Positions 12,131-25,869 of a stretch of 64,000 nucleotides of DNA are shown here, in pieces. The notes under the pieces were generated by a model. The model had not been told where the DNA came from and ran no database searches. It was given only the letters and a program-made list of their open reading frames with translations. The position numbers and the translations under genes are program-made. Source of the DNA: Camelus ferus (Eukaryota); assembly GCF_009834535.1 (NCBI RefSeq), contig NC_045697.1, forward strand, positions 61,816,001-61,880,000, read 5' to 3'. The first letter of the stretch is position 1. Each line of letters opens with the position of its first letter.

Positions 12131-13959
12131 ATGTTAAGTTAATATCAAAAACAATCATACATACATCCAGGTCTCCAGGTTATAAGGATAGGCAGCAGAA
12201 ACTGGGATGAAGAACTCCTGGAAAATGCCTTGTATGTTTCTAGAACATTGAGGTCTCTTCCTAGAGGCTTAAGGAGCCAGACCTGAGGGCAACTTCCTCT
12301 CACCACAGCCTACGCATAGAAAATGATTACCCCTCTCTGCCCCTTGGAAGCTGTGGTATGTGAGATTAGGGAAAAGAGGGGAACCAGAGAGAGAGAGAGG
12401 TTGTAACTCTAAGACCAGGTTGTTTAATTTGCATATGTGGAAAATAAGCCACGTGAATGGTGGTAGCAGAGCTATACATGCAGTAACCATATCTAGGAAC
12501 AACATATTAGGGTTCACCAAAAATAAGAACCCTGAACTTCCATGCTATCTCTTCATAGTCCAAATACTAATGAAGGTCAAGTCTGTGGACAGAGGCTCCA
12601 AACTTTACACTGATTAGAGTCTCTTTTGAAATCTCCTCTATTGTGATCGTCAAAGCAACCATACAAAGGAACCACTGCAAAACACCCATTTGGACAGATA
12701 GTACCTTATCCTTAAACTGTCTTACTTCCAAAGAGATGTGTAAGTGCATACAGATGTGCAGTGTGTGCACGAGTAGGAAGGTTTGGTTCAACTAGACTTG
12801 ATAGTGGGTATTGTGAAAGCTGTAATTATGTTAAAGAGTTCTATAATAAATATAAATAGTTTAGAAAGGCTACTTCTAGTCCACTTTTACTAAGTCAAAG
12901 CCAATGGAATGAAGGCATTGCAGAGTTCAGAGTAGGTCTTACGACGCTTCCTGATCAGCACAGCTTTGAAGGAGGTTGTGTCCCTAGAAAGGGACAGCTC
13001 TCTCTTCCCAACCCCATTTGACCCCTTGCTCTCCAAAGTGCTGGCTTTCAATCACCCAACCATGGCCCACACCCTACTTAGCCAAATGCATCCATTTCCT
13101 CCACTCCAACGACAAAAGAGAGGAGCTCATTTTATTGTGAATAGAGGTATACAATAGTGGAAAACCACACCAAGTTCTGTATCAGAACCACTTTTTACCA
13201 GTTACACCACTGAGTTTTAGAGAACACAAATGAATAAAAAATTGAGGTCTTTTGACACTTCTTTTGTTGTTGTTTTGTCATTGGCACTTTCACTCTTAAA
13301 ACCTTAGCAGCAGAGAGGAATAAAGAATTTCAAATATTTTATTTGACTGTAAAAATATGTATATATCCTTCTTTTCTTCTCATATCAATACATATTTCAG
13401 GTGTGTACCTTCTTGAAAAACAAGGTAATCTCAAAGCTTTCAGCTCTCTCAAATAAAGATCCAGATTAAAGATCTTAAGGAGGAATTGAAAACTGGTAGT
13501 TGAAGTTCTTAAGCATTGAATCAATAAGTCAGAGCACAATACTGATGGTATACCAAATTTTCCCAGTAACAAAATTCAGGGTTATGCTAGGCTTTCTTAC
13601 AGTTCTGACGATTTGGTCAAAAAGCCTAGTGGAGCTGAAATTCCCTCCAAGGTGAAATGCATAAAATTCTCACTCTCAGTTTTGCCACCTAAGGAAATAG
13701 TATTAAAAGGTGTGTACCTTTGGACTGGTTACTCTTCTATTATAGCAATAAATTTTTTCATTTTTCCTGAACCCACCTACTTTTCTGGTTATAATTTTTA
13801 AACCCATGGTTTCCTCTACTATTGCCTTTCTCTGGTCTATTGTGTTTTACTCATCATAGCCAAACAAAACAGCCAGACTAAGAATTTTTAGTTACCCAAA
13901 GAGTTGTTGTTATAAATTGAACTAGTCATGCAGAAAAAAAAAAAAAAAAGTTCTTTTTC

Positions 13960-15900
13960 TGCTTAGCCACCAGCTGAAGTCTTATGACATCATGTCATAC
14001 CACCCTCTTTCCAACCTCATTATCATTTACTGACCCTCCCATTGTTCCCTCCCATTCCTTAAGGATCATAGTTGTCTTTCTGACTTAACTGACAAGTGTT
14101 TTCAACATATATTTTGATGAAACCACCCAACACCTTGGCCCCATTATTTCATGACATCCTTCACGTCAAACCCTTACTTCTACTCCAAAATCCATTCCCA
14201 TTGATTTTCTAATCAATCCTTTCACCCCTACCAATCTTCAGAAACTCTGCTCTTTGATTTCATCAGGATCTCTACTGACTTCCTAACTAATACCCTCAAG
14301 CTGGCCAGTCTCTTCTCTTCACATTATTCCCTATCATTCTTGGGCCCAAGGGCAACAACTTTAAGTAAATACTCAGCATTACCTTAATTCCTTCATCCCC
14401 TTCTCCTAGATCCTTGTGCTGATCCACAACCATTAATTTACTTACTGCCTCTGCCCCTGTTAGCCAGAGCTACATATGGTTTTGCAGCATGCACCCTGCA
14501 CAAGACTGCTCAGGCAAGGAGGTAAAAAAAAGTGCTGCTTGCCAAGCTCTAAGCACTGCCTTCAACTGGAGGGAGGGGCTCATTTGTCTACTGCACACAA
14601 AGGTCACCTTCGCTCCCCAAGCCCTCTTTCTTTCATAGACATGAACAGTATAAGCTAGCCATGGCCCACTGGGTAGCTAAGCACAGTTGGGAAAACACAG
14701 AAAGAAGCTTTTATTCAATATGATTTGTTTAAAATATCTGTCATTATTGACTACTCTCTGTTTCTTGAAACTCGTTTCTATATTACTCTCCAAAACATTA
14801 ATTTATCCTTGTTCTCCTATTGCCTTTCATTCTTCTCTTAAATCTCCTTCCCTGGCTCCTCTTCCTTAGACATTGCCCAGCAAATATTAGATGTTCATCG
14901 GGGTGCCTCCCTAATGTACTTCTGCTTCTTCCCTATACCTTCTCTCTGGGTGGTTTCATTACCTCTCACTGTCTCAACTTTCCATTATTTAAGTGGCATC
15001 CAAATCATTTCTTCACTTCTGATTTCCCCTGGATTCTAAATTCACCTTCCAATTACCTACTAAACATTTTCACCTAACCATCCAGTAAGCATCAAAAATT
15101 CATCATGTCCAAAACTGAAATCAACATTCCCCTAAATCCCTGTTTCCCTCCATGTATGTTCCGAACCTTTGCGAATGATATGTCCACCCCAAACCCCCAA
15201 GATAGAAACCTGAAGGTCATTTTGGACTCATTTCTTTAATTCACTTTCCACATCCAGCCAATTACCAAGCCCAACTGATTATCCTATTAAAATATTGTTC
15301 AAATCCATCTCCTCTTCCTACTTTACTATGCCTACATATTCTCTGATCTAGGCTATAACAATAGCTTCTTAATCCATTTCCCTTTCTCCAGGTTTCTCCA
15401 TCCCAGATGTACCCTTTACTCTGCAGAGATTGAACATAGCACTGCCCTGCTCTAAAACCCTTTGAGTGTTTAATGAAATCCAAAACCCAACAGCATGAAT
15501 GACTTACAAACACCCTTTATGATATAATTTCAACTTGCCTTCCAACTATATATCACTAGCCCCTTCTACTCATGTACTCTATGCTAGCCATACTGACCTA
15601 TTTAATTTTCCCTGAACACACCATGAACATTCACAACATACTGTTCCTACTTATCTGGTCCCTCTCTTGGAACGCCTATCACTTCTTTTCTCTTTAACAA
15701 ACAGAATCACATTCATTCCTAATTGTCCAGTTCTAATGTCCTCTTCTCTAAAGAGTTTTCCCTACTGGCCTTCCTACAGCTAAAAATTAACTGCCCCATC
15801 CTCTTTTCTTCTATAACACTCTGGGCTTTTTTCAGCACTTATTGTCTCAGTTATAAACTGCATGCTCCATAAGATGTGAGACTATGAATTATTCAGGGCT
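13960..15900 (+). mobile_element. Long degenerate L2 LINE, with a probable hAT (MER91-like) insertion at ~14460-14670
   Basis: C/T-rich; L2 motifs catcaaaaattcatcatgtccaaaactgaaatc, ttttggactcatttct, ctccataagatgtgagactatg. Confidence 0.8.
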
Positions 15901-17949
15901 TCAGAATCAATTCTACCTGGTCTATACTGAACAAATTAGCCATTTTCACCTGCATTCTGTGGTTTTCAGAATCCATGTAAGTTGTGTGTTATTGTGTTTG
16001 TTTGTTTGTGTAATTGTTAATTTAATGAGGGGGGACTGTTTCAGTGGAAGGAAAAGAAATTTTTATTCACCTTAATTGTTAACTTTGATTTTTAACTTTT
16101 ATTTTTATGAATGTTGCACAGACTGGCTCAGATCTCTGGGCTACAGAAAGAATGGGGAAAATACAACTCACATTATATGAGAAGGCTCAGTGTAGAACAG
16201 GACCCTGTAGTTGCAGTATCAATCACCTGCGGTGAAAGTGGGAGCCCCCATCTCAGCAGGCAGAAAACAAACTCTTTCAAACTCAGTGCTTTTCATTCCA
16301 AAGACCCTTTTTCCCACTTAGATCAATCTCTTCTGGCTTTTTAGACAACACCTTTCTAAATCAAACTCTTCTAGCCATGCATTGGGTCAGATCATGTTTC
16401 TTATGTAGAATGCATCCCAGTCCCACAGAGCTGATCTCCTGACTGCAGAGGAGGACACCTAAATGTACCTTTGTTTATATTGTGTCCACTTCCTCTTCCT
16501 TCCAGCTTCACAATATAACATTACGGCTGTCATTTCATCTTTTTACATTCCATACCTATGACTCTGCTCCTCCATTCCTGCACCTTTAACAGTTAATATG
16601 CATTAGTTAAGAAAAAGAGTTACAGCACAGGAAAGTCCTGAGAGCAACACATCAGCCATCTAAGAAGAGACACCAGCTTGCTGGCTTTGTGAATATCAGT
16701 GATTTTTTTTTTTTTCAGTTAAGACTGGATATAAAATGATCATCTGACCCCAGGAACGTGTCAGCAGGTTCCTGGTTTCCAACGAAAAGCTTTGATTCCC
16801 TCCAGGTCAGGGTCTCCTTCTTGAAAGCTCAAGGAATCAGAGGTCACCTGGGGGTAACCATAGTTAGCTAGAAAGGCTACAATCGTTTTTGTGTCAAACA
16901 GACAATTACACTCTTCTCTCCCAGAGGAATTTTCACTACAGAGAGCTATCTGTCAAAAGATACTCAACATTTTTCAAGCAGAATTTCTAAAGGTATTTCT
17001 TTTTATTTCAGGTGAGCTTTGAGTTGAGAGTAAACTATACCGATTCTCAGGCCCTCCTACAAAGAGTGAACTCCCACTCCTGACTTCAATCAGGGAGCCA
17101 GAGCTATAGAGGTCCCTACAAACTCACTCTTCCCTACAGCAAAATAAATTGCTAGCTTTGTCATGCTATGGCATTCCCCAGATTTATGCAAATGAGGGGG
17201 CCCTATTTTCACAATGTTAATTCAATCTTTTCAGAAATCATATCTCTGAGCTCATAATTTTGTGTTATGACTATGCTGCATACAGATGAGAGCTATGTTT
17301 TGCTTCTTGCCATTCCTGAAAATATCCGGCATTTCTTCAACAAATAGAAACATTACCAAATTACACTGCAGCTACCCTGTTTAGCTACACAAGCTGTTTT
17401 GTTCACTCAAAAAAAGAATGCATAGAAATTTTGTTTTAAATCGTATTCCTTGGTCCTTAGGTGGTTGATTTTGGAAAGAATAACTCAACATGCTTAAATT
17501 CTGCGACTGCACTTATTCTTTGTTGGATAGAAAACACCACTTTGTGCCTATATTTCATTAAACTTTTGCATAACCAGAAGGTAGCTTTTAGATTAGCAAA
17601 GATTCTCTTACATGGAAGATTACAGTTGCCACTCAACCATCAACCTCATGCTGGTTCTTCTTCCTCTTCCTGATGTTCTTAAACCATAATAAGCTGAAAC
17701 TAAAAGATATATTTAAGAACCTAGGTGCAATATAACATTATAACCATGAAGAAAATTGCTGCTGCTGCAATTTCAACAATTGTATTGGCTTTATCTTTGA
17801 GAAAACAACGTAAGATTGTTTTTTCAAGGGCCTACAAAGATTCTGCTGATGAACCAACTGGATATATACTTCCCTGATTAACAAACTTGATGAAAACCAT
17901 TGCAATCTCTGCAACCACTGATAACTGCACCTCACATTTCTGAGTGACA

Positions 17950-18150
17950 ATAATATTCCCAGTACTTCACATATACTGCCTCTTTTGATCCTGACAACAA
18001 CTCTGCTGGGGGAAGAGGGGGCATTTTCATAATCCCCATTTTATAGACAAGAAAACTGAAGCAAAGAGAAATGAAGTAATTGTCTTGAGATGATGCAACT
18101 AGAAAGTGATGGGGATGGAAAATGAAGTTCCAATTATTTACACCACCATG
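17950..18150 (-). mobile_element. MIR SINE
   Basis: tttgatcctgacaacaactctg...ccccattttatagacaagaaaactgaagcaaagaga. Confidence 0.85.
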
Positions 18151-19740
18151 CCACGAATCCCCTTGAGAGTAAGTTTCTATGGGATGTTTCTGCTCCTTCC
18201 CACTTTCAGATTACAATAATAAGTGACTGATTTTTCTTGACCAATTTAACATACTGTCCAGGTTCATAATCACCACCAAGGCAGCCCTGCAATAAATGAA
18301 AAGCACTTTCTGAAAGAAAAGGGGCCTCTGGGTCAGCTAAAGATCTGTACTTTGTCTTTAACAAAGAGGGAAAAGACATTTGGTGAAATGTCTGTCAAAA
18401 ATTTCAATTTAAGCCACTAACAGTTACATTTTTTACTAAAAGCTGGAAGAATGTGCCAGTTGAAAATTCCATAAACGAGGCCAGCTTATACTATTAAAAT
18501 TTCCTTTCAGTGCTTACTGGAACCATTAACAACTCTTGTATGAGAGAAGGACTCAGTTCAGTGTTTCTGCACAAGATATTTCTTCTTCCATTTCTTTCCT
18601 AATAGAGTTCATTCATAGTACAGTGTCTCATTTCTGAAAGTCCTTGGTAATCCGTCATACTACAGTGGCATTTTGTTAAATTGCTCATTTATTCAATTCT
18701 GCAGGAAGATATCTTCTTACCTAACAAGGATAATTTCTTACTTCTCGATTATGGGTAAAACTTGAGGGTAATAAGTTGAACAGGTTCAACTTCACTGCCT
18801 TAAAAGCTGATGAAGAACTCCTCCACCAATTCTAATTTCTTATTTTGATGGTGGGTAGAAATTGGAAAGTTCTTCATCTCTCGATACCCATAATACAAGT
18901 AGCTTCAGTGTGCTTACTCTAAAACAACACTGTGTACCATTTACAGTCTTGAACTGTGGCTGCACAAACAAAATCAGGAAGGACCTCCTTGTATGTGCTT
19001 TCACAAATTAACACAAAAGAGTAAGTTCATACATGTTAGCATTCACAGAATTAAGGATAAAGCTCTAAATTAACTATTCCTAAAAGAGTTAGGAAAAAAG
19101 AAGAAAACAGTGTGCTGAGGCAGATCTTTACAGAAAACTCCATAAACAGTAAAACAAACATTCTGAACACTACTTTCTATTACTAACAACAAGACTTCTG
19201 GGATGTTACAATGCACACACAATTGCAAGTAAAACTGTAATTTAGTTAACTTCACAGAAAATTATTGTCATTAAACCTTCTAATAAGCTATGGGTAAAGC
19301 AGGTTCTACTTTAGCTTGACAGGGAACATAAGTTATACACGCCAGAAAACCAGTTGGAAGAGCCTCAAACTGTAAATTTGATAGTACTGGGCTGTATTTG
19401 TTTGTAGGGAATATAAATATACTTTCCACCCCCAGTATTACATATTATGTAGGTACATCAAACTCTCAGGTGGTTTGGTGTCAACACTGAAGGTCAGTAA
19501 AAATAGAATGGCAAATACATGTAGAAATACAATTAATATTTACAATTGTAAGAGTTTTGAATTTGAAAAGACACACTAAAGACTATATTTCAGAGTTCCA
19601 GAAAATAATTTCATAAACACTAGTTCTCCAGTTTGTTAAAATATGTTACCCCTTTCATTCTTCTCCAAAAGGGCATCCCTTGGTCAAAAGTTTAAGACCT
19701 GAGTCAAACAAAATTAGATAGGTGTCTTTACTGTAAGACT

Positions 19741-19892
19741 TTTTTTTTTTTTAAGTTTTACCAAGTACTGGGGTTTTTAAAAAAAATTTTTAATTAGGTT
19801 TGTTTGTTTGTTTTAATGAAGGTATTGGGGGTTGAACCTAGGACCTCAGCATGCTAGGCACACACACTACCACTGAGCTACACTCTCCCTCC
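19741..19892 (-). mobile_element. Camelid-type tRNA-derived SINE (vic-1/SINE_Vpa-like) with TSD
   Basis: Minus strand has A box TAGCTCAGTGG, B box GGTTCAACCC and an A-rich tail; TSD tactgtaagact (19729-19740) / tactgcaagact (19893-19904); sits inside an older hAT MITE (~19615-20020). Confidence 0.9.
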
Positions 19893-20338
19893 TACTGCAA
19901 GACTTTTTGAAACAACTTTCCAAGAGAGAAATATACTCTGCAGCATTTCTTAAGCTTTTTAAACTACTAATCCCTTTTTTTATAGAACATGTGTAGGGCA
20001 TACTTTATGGAATATCAATGTAACTCAGTTCCTCAATTAAGTTATGTAAACCAAGGCAAAAGGCATGTTGATGGAGGGTTGGTATTAGGATTCAGGTCAT
20101 TTAATTTCAAAAACTGTCCTTTTCTCTCAACACCAGAAAATTGTTCTATGTTTTCCATTTTGACCCTTTGATAAATTTACTAATGTACACTTTGTTCTCA
20201 TTATAAAGTTCTCCCATCATAAATTTCTCCTGCCATGAGAGTCTTGTACCTTTACCCCCTACCTCATTACTTCCCTTTATATTAATTATCCACCTACTGA
20301 TGGCAGCATATTTCTAGACAGACAAGTTCTGCACTCAC

Positions 20339-20404
20339 AATGGCTGTATTACAGGAAGGCTCCAATCTTGATACTTTACAATCAGATGTTGGCGGGATGT
20401 CATC
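20339..20404 (-). other. Candidate 66-nt internal exon
   Basis: Acceptor tgtcctccactgcag|GATG, donor ATT|gtgagt; unique sequence; open in two frames (DDIPPTSDCKVSRLEPSCNTAI / MTSRQHLIVKYQDWSLPVIQP). Confidence 0.4.
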
Positions 20405-21103
20405 CTGCAGTGGAGGACATATGAGCGTTAAACTAATGTACTGCATTACTTTGCAGATTGAGTGAGACCTGTAATGAGTAACCTCAATCTAACTGAAAGA
20501 ATTTCTACATTCTGAATTCACCTCTATAAAATGTTAAGAAAAAATGAAGAGTTAACTGGAGAAGGTGGAGATATTTAAATGATAAAAAAAGAATATCAGT
20601 TTCAGCCATAGGTAATACACCCATTATGAAAATAATTCAAATGCTATGAAAATAAAGAGCAAGAAAATGAAACAAGCCAGATGGAAAATAGTGAGATGCA
20701 AGAAAACAGCCATATAAATAGATCACACAACAAAATGACAGCTCAAATTATCCATGGCCCAAGAAGGACCAGGAACCAAGTACAAGACATAACCGAAGGT
20801 ACAAAAGTCATTTTGATGACTTGAAATTTCTTTCTATAAGTTCATAAGGATGTTGAACTGGGGTTTTAATGGCATACATAACTCTCCTTGTATGGACATA
20901 CCATGTCATGCAGGGCTATCCCAAAGAGACCTGAAAATCTATGTGGATAATGAACAGACAAATTATTTGCTATCAAACACCCTAGTAAGAGGTAGGAATC
21001 ACCCATAAAAAATGGATCTCAGAGGGCAAATCCTACGTATATTTGTTCCAAAAGGATGGAGATTTTGCACATCTTGATCACCATCACATCCCTAACACTT
21101 AGA

Positions 21104-21317
21104 ACAGTGGGTTGGCAAACTTTTCCCATTAAGGGCCACATAATAAATATTTTAGACTTCAAAAACATACTATTTCTGTCATAACTACTCAACTCTGCTG
21201 TTGTAGCACAAAAGCAGCCACAAACAATATGAAAACAAATGGGTGTGACTATGTTCCAATAAAAGTTTATTTACAAAAATAGATACCAGGTCAGATTTGG
21301 TTCAGATCAATGATACT
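21104..21317 (+). mobile_element. MER58A-like hAT MITE inserted in an L2 3' end (~21040-21350)
   Basis: cagtgggttggcaaactttt...aagggccacataataaatatttt...actactcaactctgctgttgtagcacaaaagcagcca...gttccaataaaa; L2 tail cttagaaca|...|cctggcacat resumes after it. Confidence 0.88.
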
Positions 21318-21619
21318 GCCTGGCACATGGGTGCTCAATATATATGTGTTAAATAAAATGAGTGATACCCTTAACTAGAACTCCACCTTCCTCTGTAGCC
21401 AGAGCCTCCTTGGGCAATGTACCAGGGACAAAAAAAGAATTGAGTCTACTTGTTGGAGATGATATTGACCTTGATGCTGAGGAAGTATAAACACAGAGCC
21501 ACTGATAACCGTATCTCCTGCTCTGTATCCTGCAGTAGAACAGAATGAAGCTCATTGGTGGAGATAAGGAGACAAAAGTGCCAAAGATGGAATCTTGACC
21601 ACGTTCAAGGGTTGCTACT

Positions 21620-22265
21620 CCTGTGGTGAAATCTGCAATTTGTTCCTGCTCTCCTTTGTCCCATTCTTCCTTTTCATAATAGAGCCCAGAAGTTTTAGTG
21701 GGGCATATGGCTTACCAGCTAGAGACTGTTTTCTAGCCTCTCTTGCAGTGTCATGACTAAGCTCAGACAAAGACATGGCAGCAAAAGTGACATAAATAAT
21801 TTCTGTGTCACTTTCTTATAAGGAAACAGCTTACTCCATTTTCCCAATTCCCAAGCTCCAGCAGCTGCAGCTTAGACCTGACAGGAAGTGATCCAGAATA
21901 AATCACACAGAAAATATACCATGGTTAGGTATGGTGGACAATCAGATAGAAAGAACTTTGGACTCTGGATAACACAGATCAGGTGACTTCCTCCCCCTGG
22001 ACTGTCTACTCACTCATGCTTTTACATAAGAGATAAATAAATCTGTCTTATTTAAGCCATGCTATTAAAATAGGTAAACTGATATCTTAACTAGTAAAAC
22101 CCCTAAAGGACTTTCCCAAGTTCCTGCCTTCCAAACCTTGAGTGTTCTTCAATTACAACGATTCTCAGAATTATATCAGGATCTTTTCAATAAGTCATTC
22201 TTTTGCGTAATTTAGTTCCAGTTGAGTTTCTGTCATTTGAAACCAAAATTTCCCTGATAATGTAA
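21620..22265 (+). mobile_element. MaLR/ERVL LTR remnants (MLT1-like, nested)
   Basis: ttttctagcctctcttgcag...gactaagctc; aataaatctgtcttatttaagcca; gttgagtttctgtcatttgaaacc. Confidence 0.7.
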
Positions 22266-25034
22266 GAGATAATGCTAGTAGTATCCAGTTATCCCTCCCA
22301 TGAAGAGATTATTTTTCCTTCACTGTAAGTCTTACAAGTTTAGGTTTGTATTATAACACTGAATGTGACAATTTCCTCACAAATACATTTAGCAAACTAA
22401 GAGTAACTGTCCCAATTATAAAGAAGACCCTATCAAAGCCAATAATCTCTTCAGAACAGGAGGAAATAATTCTAGAAGACTCTTAAATGAGCACATTTCC
22501 TAAAGCAACAATTTTCAAATTATTCATGGAAATTCTTCTAAGTATCTTCAAGGAGTACTTTCAAATAAAAGAAACCTATGATAGATGGATTTAATTTATA
22601 TGTGCTGCATGACCTTCAGGAAGTATCTATGACAAGATTGTTTTGGTAAATTGAGGGTGTAAGCTGCATGCACAAACATACATACACACAGAGAAATGAA
22701 GGCAGATTACATGGACTCTCACTCAGCTCCAAAAACATTTAACTCAATGTTTTATCATATACCTTGACCAAAAAAAGAAAGGAAATATTCAATATTGAGT
22801 GGAAACTAAAATTCTCCACTGGAAAAAAAAAAACTGAAGACAGATGAAATACATAATTTGTGATAGGGAGAAAATGAAGCCAGTAACAAGGCAGTCTGAA
22901 CCAAAGGTATCAAAGTCAATCAAAGAAAATTGAAGAATGGGCTCAAAACACAAACGGGACAAGCTAAGATACTAAATAGAAAAAAGAGTAGTACTCAATA
23001 AATAAAAGTTGGTATCATTATTAGCAACGAGGTAAAATATGGACAAGTCACAGAAATCAAGACATTAACTGGATATTGACTTCATTATTTAAATTTAGCA
23101 ATTTCAACTTTCCCTCGACCAGTAAAATAAGCAAATGGACTTGATCAATTGGAAAACTATTAAAACTTAGGTGAACTCACAAAATTAGATCAGGAAAAAT
23201 TTTATAATAATTTTAAGTTGGTGATACAGCAAATCCTGATGATGTATATTTTGTCCTAAGACAAGAATTTGTATCATTTATTATTGCATCTACATCATGT
23301 AGTACAGTGCCCAGCACATTCTAGATGCTGATCACTTTAATGAATAAATGATCAATAAATAATTCCAGAAAGCAATACGGTATGTAAGATCTCTATTAGT
23401 ATCTTATTACAGCTTTTAAAATCCTTTCTTTTCTATTCAATATCCCATGTTTTGCATATCAGTCATATAGATTTGTGAGATGTATAGATTAAAAATTATT
23501 ATTGCCAATGACTTCTTAAAAAGAAAAAAAGCAAGTAAGTACCAGGCAGAGCCAGAAATAAAACACAAGTTTCCTGACCCATGGTATATTACCGTGAATT
23601 AGTAAGATAGCGAAAAATTCCTTCTGTTTATAAATGCTATCCTACCTGTACTCTGACACCAGCAAAGCTGGAAAAGAAAACTAATCATAGAGCAAATTGT
23701 GTTTGAAACATAAATAGATGTCCTTGTTTAAAACGTTTCCTCACAGGATAAATGAAAAAGATAACTAAAACAGGGGAGGAGAGTAGTCTAACAAACACTA
23801 TCTATGGACAAGAAATACTAACAGAGTTAAGAACAATTAAGAGGGGTTTGTCAATGACAAGCTGTTGCCAGTAAAGCCAGCAAGCGTTCTTCCAAGAAGC
23901 ACATAAAGAGAAAATAGTGTGGAACATTCTTCTTTCTACATAACTCTATTGAGAATAGATATGAAATAATGTTTCTACCATTGTCAGTTCTTTTCTTCTA
24001 AAATGAAATGAGGGACCAGCCCCTGTTTGTTAAATTTCATATGCACAACCTACTGCTTCCCTAATGCCGCACTCTCTCTCTTCCGGCTTCTCTATCAAAG
24101 TGGCAGCACAAGTCTTATGTCAATGAACAGCATAATTTAAGAAAGAAATGAATATTGGAGAGAGGGGGAGGGGAAGGAAAGCAGGAAACAGAGAGACAGA
24201 AAAGGAGAAAAGAATTTACTGGTTTTCTAGACCTCAGTACTTATTTTCATGAAAATACTAAAACATGCTAAATGTTAATATATTTTTGATGGGAGAATTA
24301 AGAGTCAGCCCACCTTCTCCATGTGAATTTGCTACTGCATTGTAAGGACAACCAGGATAGGCAAGTTAATTATTTGACCATTTTTGTCACCATCTATCTG
24401 GAGAAAAATAAAAAGTGCTAAATTGCAGAACCAATGAATACTCACACCAGAAAAGCACTGACTTTTAACCAACTGACTGCCAGTAGGATAGAATTGGGTT
24501 AGAGAAAGTTCAAAAGACAGTAGAATTGATTAAAATACTGATTTAAAAGAGTAAAGAAGCAAAATCAATCCTTTATGTACAGATTCCTATAGCAGTTTTC
24601 CCTATTACAGCACAAATAGATTTCAAATAGCAGAATATAAGCCTTCATAAGCAATTGCTCTCACAAACATTCAATGCTCATAATGTGTTTAGAAGATCCC
24701 CTAGGGAGGAAAAAAAAATGAAGAGAATACAACACTAGAAGGAAAGTAATGTCTTTCTTTTAGAGTTTGGGAAGGTAAGCAACAATGTAAAGGCCATCAT
24801 TGGGAAGACTACTTAGTGATGGCTCTGAAAGCAGAATGGGTATGGTACAAGGCCCACCTAGAAAAGCATGAAGTTTTGATTGAGTTATGTGAAAAGCCAG
24901 TAGTTCATCAGGAGTTTTTATCAGTGATTTTTCTCATGCACAAAATCATTCAGTTATTCCTATTATTTCAAATTTACATTTCCTTCCTTTGAGGGAAGAT
25001 GGAAACTTATGATGAGCGATAAGAATAAGCTTGA

Positions 25035-25330
25035 GCTGCATTCCCAAAGTATATTCTATGAGACATCAGCTCTGTAAATATAACATGGGTGGGGGAAAAT
25101 AATTAAAGTCAAATAAGTTTAGGAAACACTGCATACCATATGGCCCTATGGAGATCTATAGTCCACAAGATTAAACCAAAGGCTCTGAGACGTCCTGCAC
25201 TAAAAATTGTCAAGTATGTTTGATCTAACACTTGCCAAACTTTTTGACACAGAACCTCTTTTGTATATAAAACAAACTTATATGCTATGGATCTAGTATT
25301 CCACAGCACACAGTTTGAGAAATATTGAAC
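25035..25330. mobile_element. Ancient hAT-Charlie-type MITE
   Basis: Terminal inverted ends gcattcccaaagt...agtttgagaaatattg; internal aaataagtttaggaaacactgc; similar to ~19615-20020. Confidence 0.6.
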
Positions 25331-25869
25331 TAAAGAGTTTTTAAGATGTAGAGCTTGCCAATTTTTGCAGAGAAGAATTTTTCTGGCTTTTCACTCTTTC
25401 CAGTGTCTAGCTTCCATGTGATTTTTATGGTGTGATAGGCTTAAAAAAGAGTGAATGTCAATTTAATCAATTATAAGGCATGTTAGAAATAAATAAATAG
25501 TCTCAATGTCCCTGGTTAATATTAACTTGATTATAAAGAATATAACATTATAATATGAGCAAGTGTAAGCTTTTTAAATTATGTTCAGAACAAACTACAG
25601 AGAATTCAGAGTTTCACATGAACTATGTTTATTAATACAGAAATTTCATCAGAAGAAAGTTCAGTAACAGCTCTTCTATCATCATTCACCAGTCCTGATG
25701 AAATAGCATTAGAGTTCTCATTTATTATTGAGAAATTGATGACAAGGAACTTACCACTACACTTCAAGACTCTCAATTGCTCACTAACTTCCTTTGGTTG
25801 TATTATAGAACTTTGAGAAATCCAGAAGGTCCATGAAACCTAACAGGAGGGATAGGCTGTTATCCAAGT

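Noticed and set aside
16798..16813. 16-nt similarity to LF-SINE (ccctccaggtcagggt)
   Set aside because: Flanks do not extend the match to the consensus as I recall it.
17746..17880. Short plus-strand ORF MKKIAAAAISTIVLALSLRKQ… resembling a signal peptide; minus strand resembles a miR-15/424 seed
   Set aside because: Driven by a (GCT)n run; no splice or promoter support and no hairpin partner.
19810..19892. Functional tRNA gene
   Set aside because: A-rich tail, TSD and a degenerate cloverleaf identify it as a SINE; the same applies to 43001-43075.
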